DNA from: Chlorokybus atmophyticus
Lineage: Eukaryota; Plantae; Mesostigma and Chlorokybus algae
Reading direction: 5' to 3'
Length of the DNA: 64,000 nucleotides
NCBI GenBank assembly: GCA_009103225.1
Contig: RHPI01000277.1
Coordinates: 766,074 to 830,073, forward strand
Below the pieces are notes generated by a model. That model worked only from the letters and a program-made list of their open reading frames with translations. It had not been told where the DNA came from and did not search any database. The position numbers were made by a program, and so were the translations under genes. The first letter of the stretch is position 1; each line of letters opens with the position of its first letter. Positions 61,318 through 64,000 of the stretch are shown piece after piece.

Positions 61318-64000
61318 TTACTCATTTACCACACCCGGTGCAGTCAAAGCAAATGGCAATGCTTCTGCACTCTGTTGTACGCTTTCTTCCCCGTTATTCA
61401 CAAACACTTCACTCGCTCCAGGTGGCTGCGGTGGCCGTGGCGGTGCAATAGATGAAGTTCTTTGGAACGCGCCTCGCTTGCGTGACGGCCGTCCTATAGC
61501 AACACACAAACATACATCTGTTCAACGACAAGTGTTGCGTATGCATATAATATCATACGTGCGCACGTGCACATGCTCGATGAAGGACTGTACATTCATG
61601 CTAGTGTACACATGTTGCATAAGGACCAGCAGTTTATATACATGTGTATACAGGTATATGTTGGTCACTATGCAAGCGCGCACGCGTGTGCATGTGGTAT
61701 GTGGTTCGGGGTAAGAGTGCATGTGTGCCAGCGCCTGTGCGCATACACGTGCGAGCTTGTGCAAGTGCATGTGTGTGCGCGGGTATGCATACGCGTGTGC
61801 GTGTTTGGAACGAGTGAAGGGATGCCAGAACACACAACATGTTGTCATACCTGTCGGCGTGCCACTAGGTGGTGGTGGTGGCGGCGGAGGAGGAGGCTGC
61901 AGCATGGTGGGCATGCGCGTGCCAACACTCCCACCAACACCCACACCCACATCTCCAACAATTACTGATTGTTGTGGGTGTGGGTGTGGGTGTGGGTGTG
62001 GGTGTGGGTGTGGGCGTTCAATGATTCCGCGAGCGTCCATACTCCCATTGCGATTGAGCGTGGGCAATGCAATGTTAACAGGGCGAAGATGTGGCCGTTC
62101 AGGAGCGCTCGTGTCCTGCATCCACACACAAATTCAGTGTTGCAAGGACCAACCACACACACACACTGTCACAACTCCTGTCAAGCAGCATCAGTCCGGT
62201 TATGTACCAGCCACGGCACGCTCTGCGAGCTCTGCGGGCCCTCATCTTCCGGAACCTGCACACGACACCGTTGCACCAAACTCCACAAGTAGACACATGC
62301 ACGCACGCACAAGCTCCCACAACCCAAACCAGGACAACCCAAACCTGGAACGGTAGTTGCGTCACGGTCGGTGCAGATTGTGCCATTGTTGTCGTCGGCG
62401 CATCCAGCACAAGCAGATCCACTGTGGTCATTGCGAGGGGCGTCCTCGGCGACGCGGACGGAGGCCGAAAACCTGATGTGTGACGGGTACACACACATAC
62501 TTGTACACATGCAGTTGGAAGCACACGTGTGCACACATGCACACTCGCGTACCGATGACGGTTGGGTAGGAGTAGTTGGCACGCGTGGTGAAGTCGTCCA
62601 TGGTGGTCGCGGGAGGAGGCCGGTAGCCACTCCCGCCGTAACTGCTGCTCTCACCCTCTTTGTCCCCACCTGCATACAACGCAATCCAGATCACCCACCC
62701 ACCGACACACACACACACACCTCACTCAACACACATCTGCCCCTTCTCACCTTCCTCCTCACCCTCCTCCTTGATCACCCCCATCCGGCCCCCATCCTGA
62801 CTGTTGTTGAACCCACTGCTGTTGTTGTGATGGTGGTGGTTGGACCTATGCGGCGCGCCCACTATCCTCTTCGCCTTGGCCGCCTCCGCCGCCGCAACAT
62901 CAACCTCACTCTGTGACACACATTGCATCAGTGTTGTGCGTGTGTGTCCCACACAACATGTCCCAACAGCTTTCCTTACTAGGAGTGGCAGCTGTTGTTC
63001 TCTGATCAATACGTCCTGCATGTGTTCGCGCTGTTGCTTGTGGGCGAGGCGGTCGTCCACCGCGCGGAGGAGGGACTCCACGTCCAGCTCCTCGCGCAAC
63101 TGGCCCCTGCGTGAGTATGTTGGGTGGGTGGGTGGGTGGGTGTGGGTGTGGGTGTGGGTGTGCGTGTGTCTTTGCTTGCCTTGATTTGAGGAGTCGTCGG
63201 GTGAAGACGCGCCAGCGCCACATCCAGAAGGTGCTGCCGACCTGTGGGGTGTGTGACGTTTGGTGTGTGTGCGCTCTTGGTGCGTGTATGCGTATGCGTG
63301 CACGTGCGACCAGACCACACGTTGCACGCGCAGCCTAGTGTGTACTATACGGCGTACGCTGCGTGAGCGATACCGTGTAACACACTATCTAGTGCAAGTT
63401 GAGTGGCATGCTGTGATTCCCAGTCTAGTGTAGCGTTACAACCTTACCAGGTAGGCTGCGGCGGAGGCAAAGGCGATGAGCAGCTGTCCATGGTAGCAAA
63501 CGTGATACTACGCACACACGCACATAGTCAGAAGCGTAGCAAAGCCGTTTAAAAGAGGTGTGACGTCTTCACTCCATAACAGCATGACGAGGGAGTGCAC
63601 ACTGTCACAATGGCATGTAAGTTACGTGCTTGCTTTCCTCTCACCTTTTCATCCGACGTGAAGCATGGGAACTGCACACACAGGCACATACGCACGCACG
63701 CACAGAAAAAGTGTTCAAAAACCCATCAGTACCATCCATGCGTACTAGCGGCACAAGTGTTGTTGTCGTCCTACCTGTCCGTTGTATATGGACAGGAACG
63801 ACCTCGCCGCCCCGTAGAAGTGGGCCAGCGCGAGCGGGGCCGCGAACAGGTACCAAAGGCCGACCCACTCCACGGACCTCAGCACGATCTGGACGTCCTG
63901 TTGGACACAACACAGAATCTCACTTGTCAACACAGCAACAACAACAACAGCGGCAGTCATGACAACATGTTGGGTGTGTCTTGCCTTGAAGAAGAGGATG
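61318..64000 (-). CDS. 3' part of an unidentified membrane protein with long low-complexity C-tail (5' end outside window)
   Basis: About 12 exons join in phase: DVQIVLRSVEWVGLWYLFAAPLALAHFYG...|FPCFTSDEK|YHVCYHGQLLIAFASAAAYL|VGSTFWMWRW...|...PGVVNE, then stop. Confidence 0.7.

Overview
Intron-rich eukaryotic nuclear DNA. Plant-like MSH2, GDP1, BAHD and OBL-type lipase genes suggest a green-lineage alga, probably a streptophyte (inference). About 16 spliced genes can be modelled by hand: the 3' end of PCID2, a CYP39/CYP7-clan-like P450, MSH2, a CPYS glutaredoxin, a DsbA/FrnE-like protein, an SDR with a LEA-like repeat tail, a class-3 lipase, an orphan gene, a GDP1-like G-patch protein, a short type-II membrane protein, a BAHD acyltransferase, a SMYD-type SET/MYND protein, a weakly XRI1-like gene, NTMT1, a repeat coiled-coil protein, and the 3' part of an unidentified membrane protein. 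Mobile DNA comprises a decayed Penelope-like (Naiad/Chlamys-type) RT, a TA-flanked MITE and weaker relics. Most ORFs in the supplied track are artefacts of intronic CA/GT microsatellites. The most unusual signals are: (1) the SDR fused to LEA_4-like amphipathic repeats built from tandem phase-0 exon/intron cassettes; (2) the CYP39-like P450; (3) four unrelated near-perfect 16-31 bp hairpins, one flanked by a 15-bp direct repeat; (4) several GC-AG introns. No tRNA, rRNA or CRISPR array was found. All family assignments come from motif recall, not database searches.
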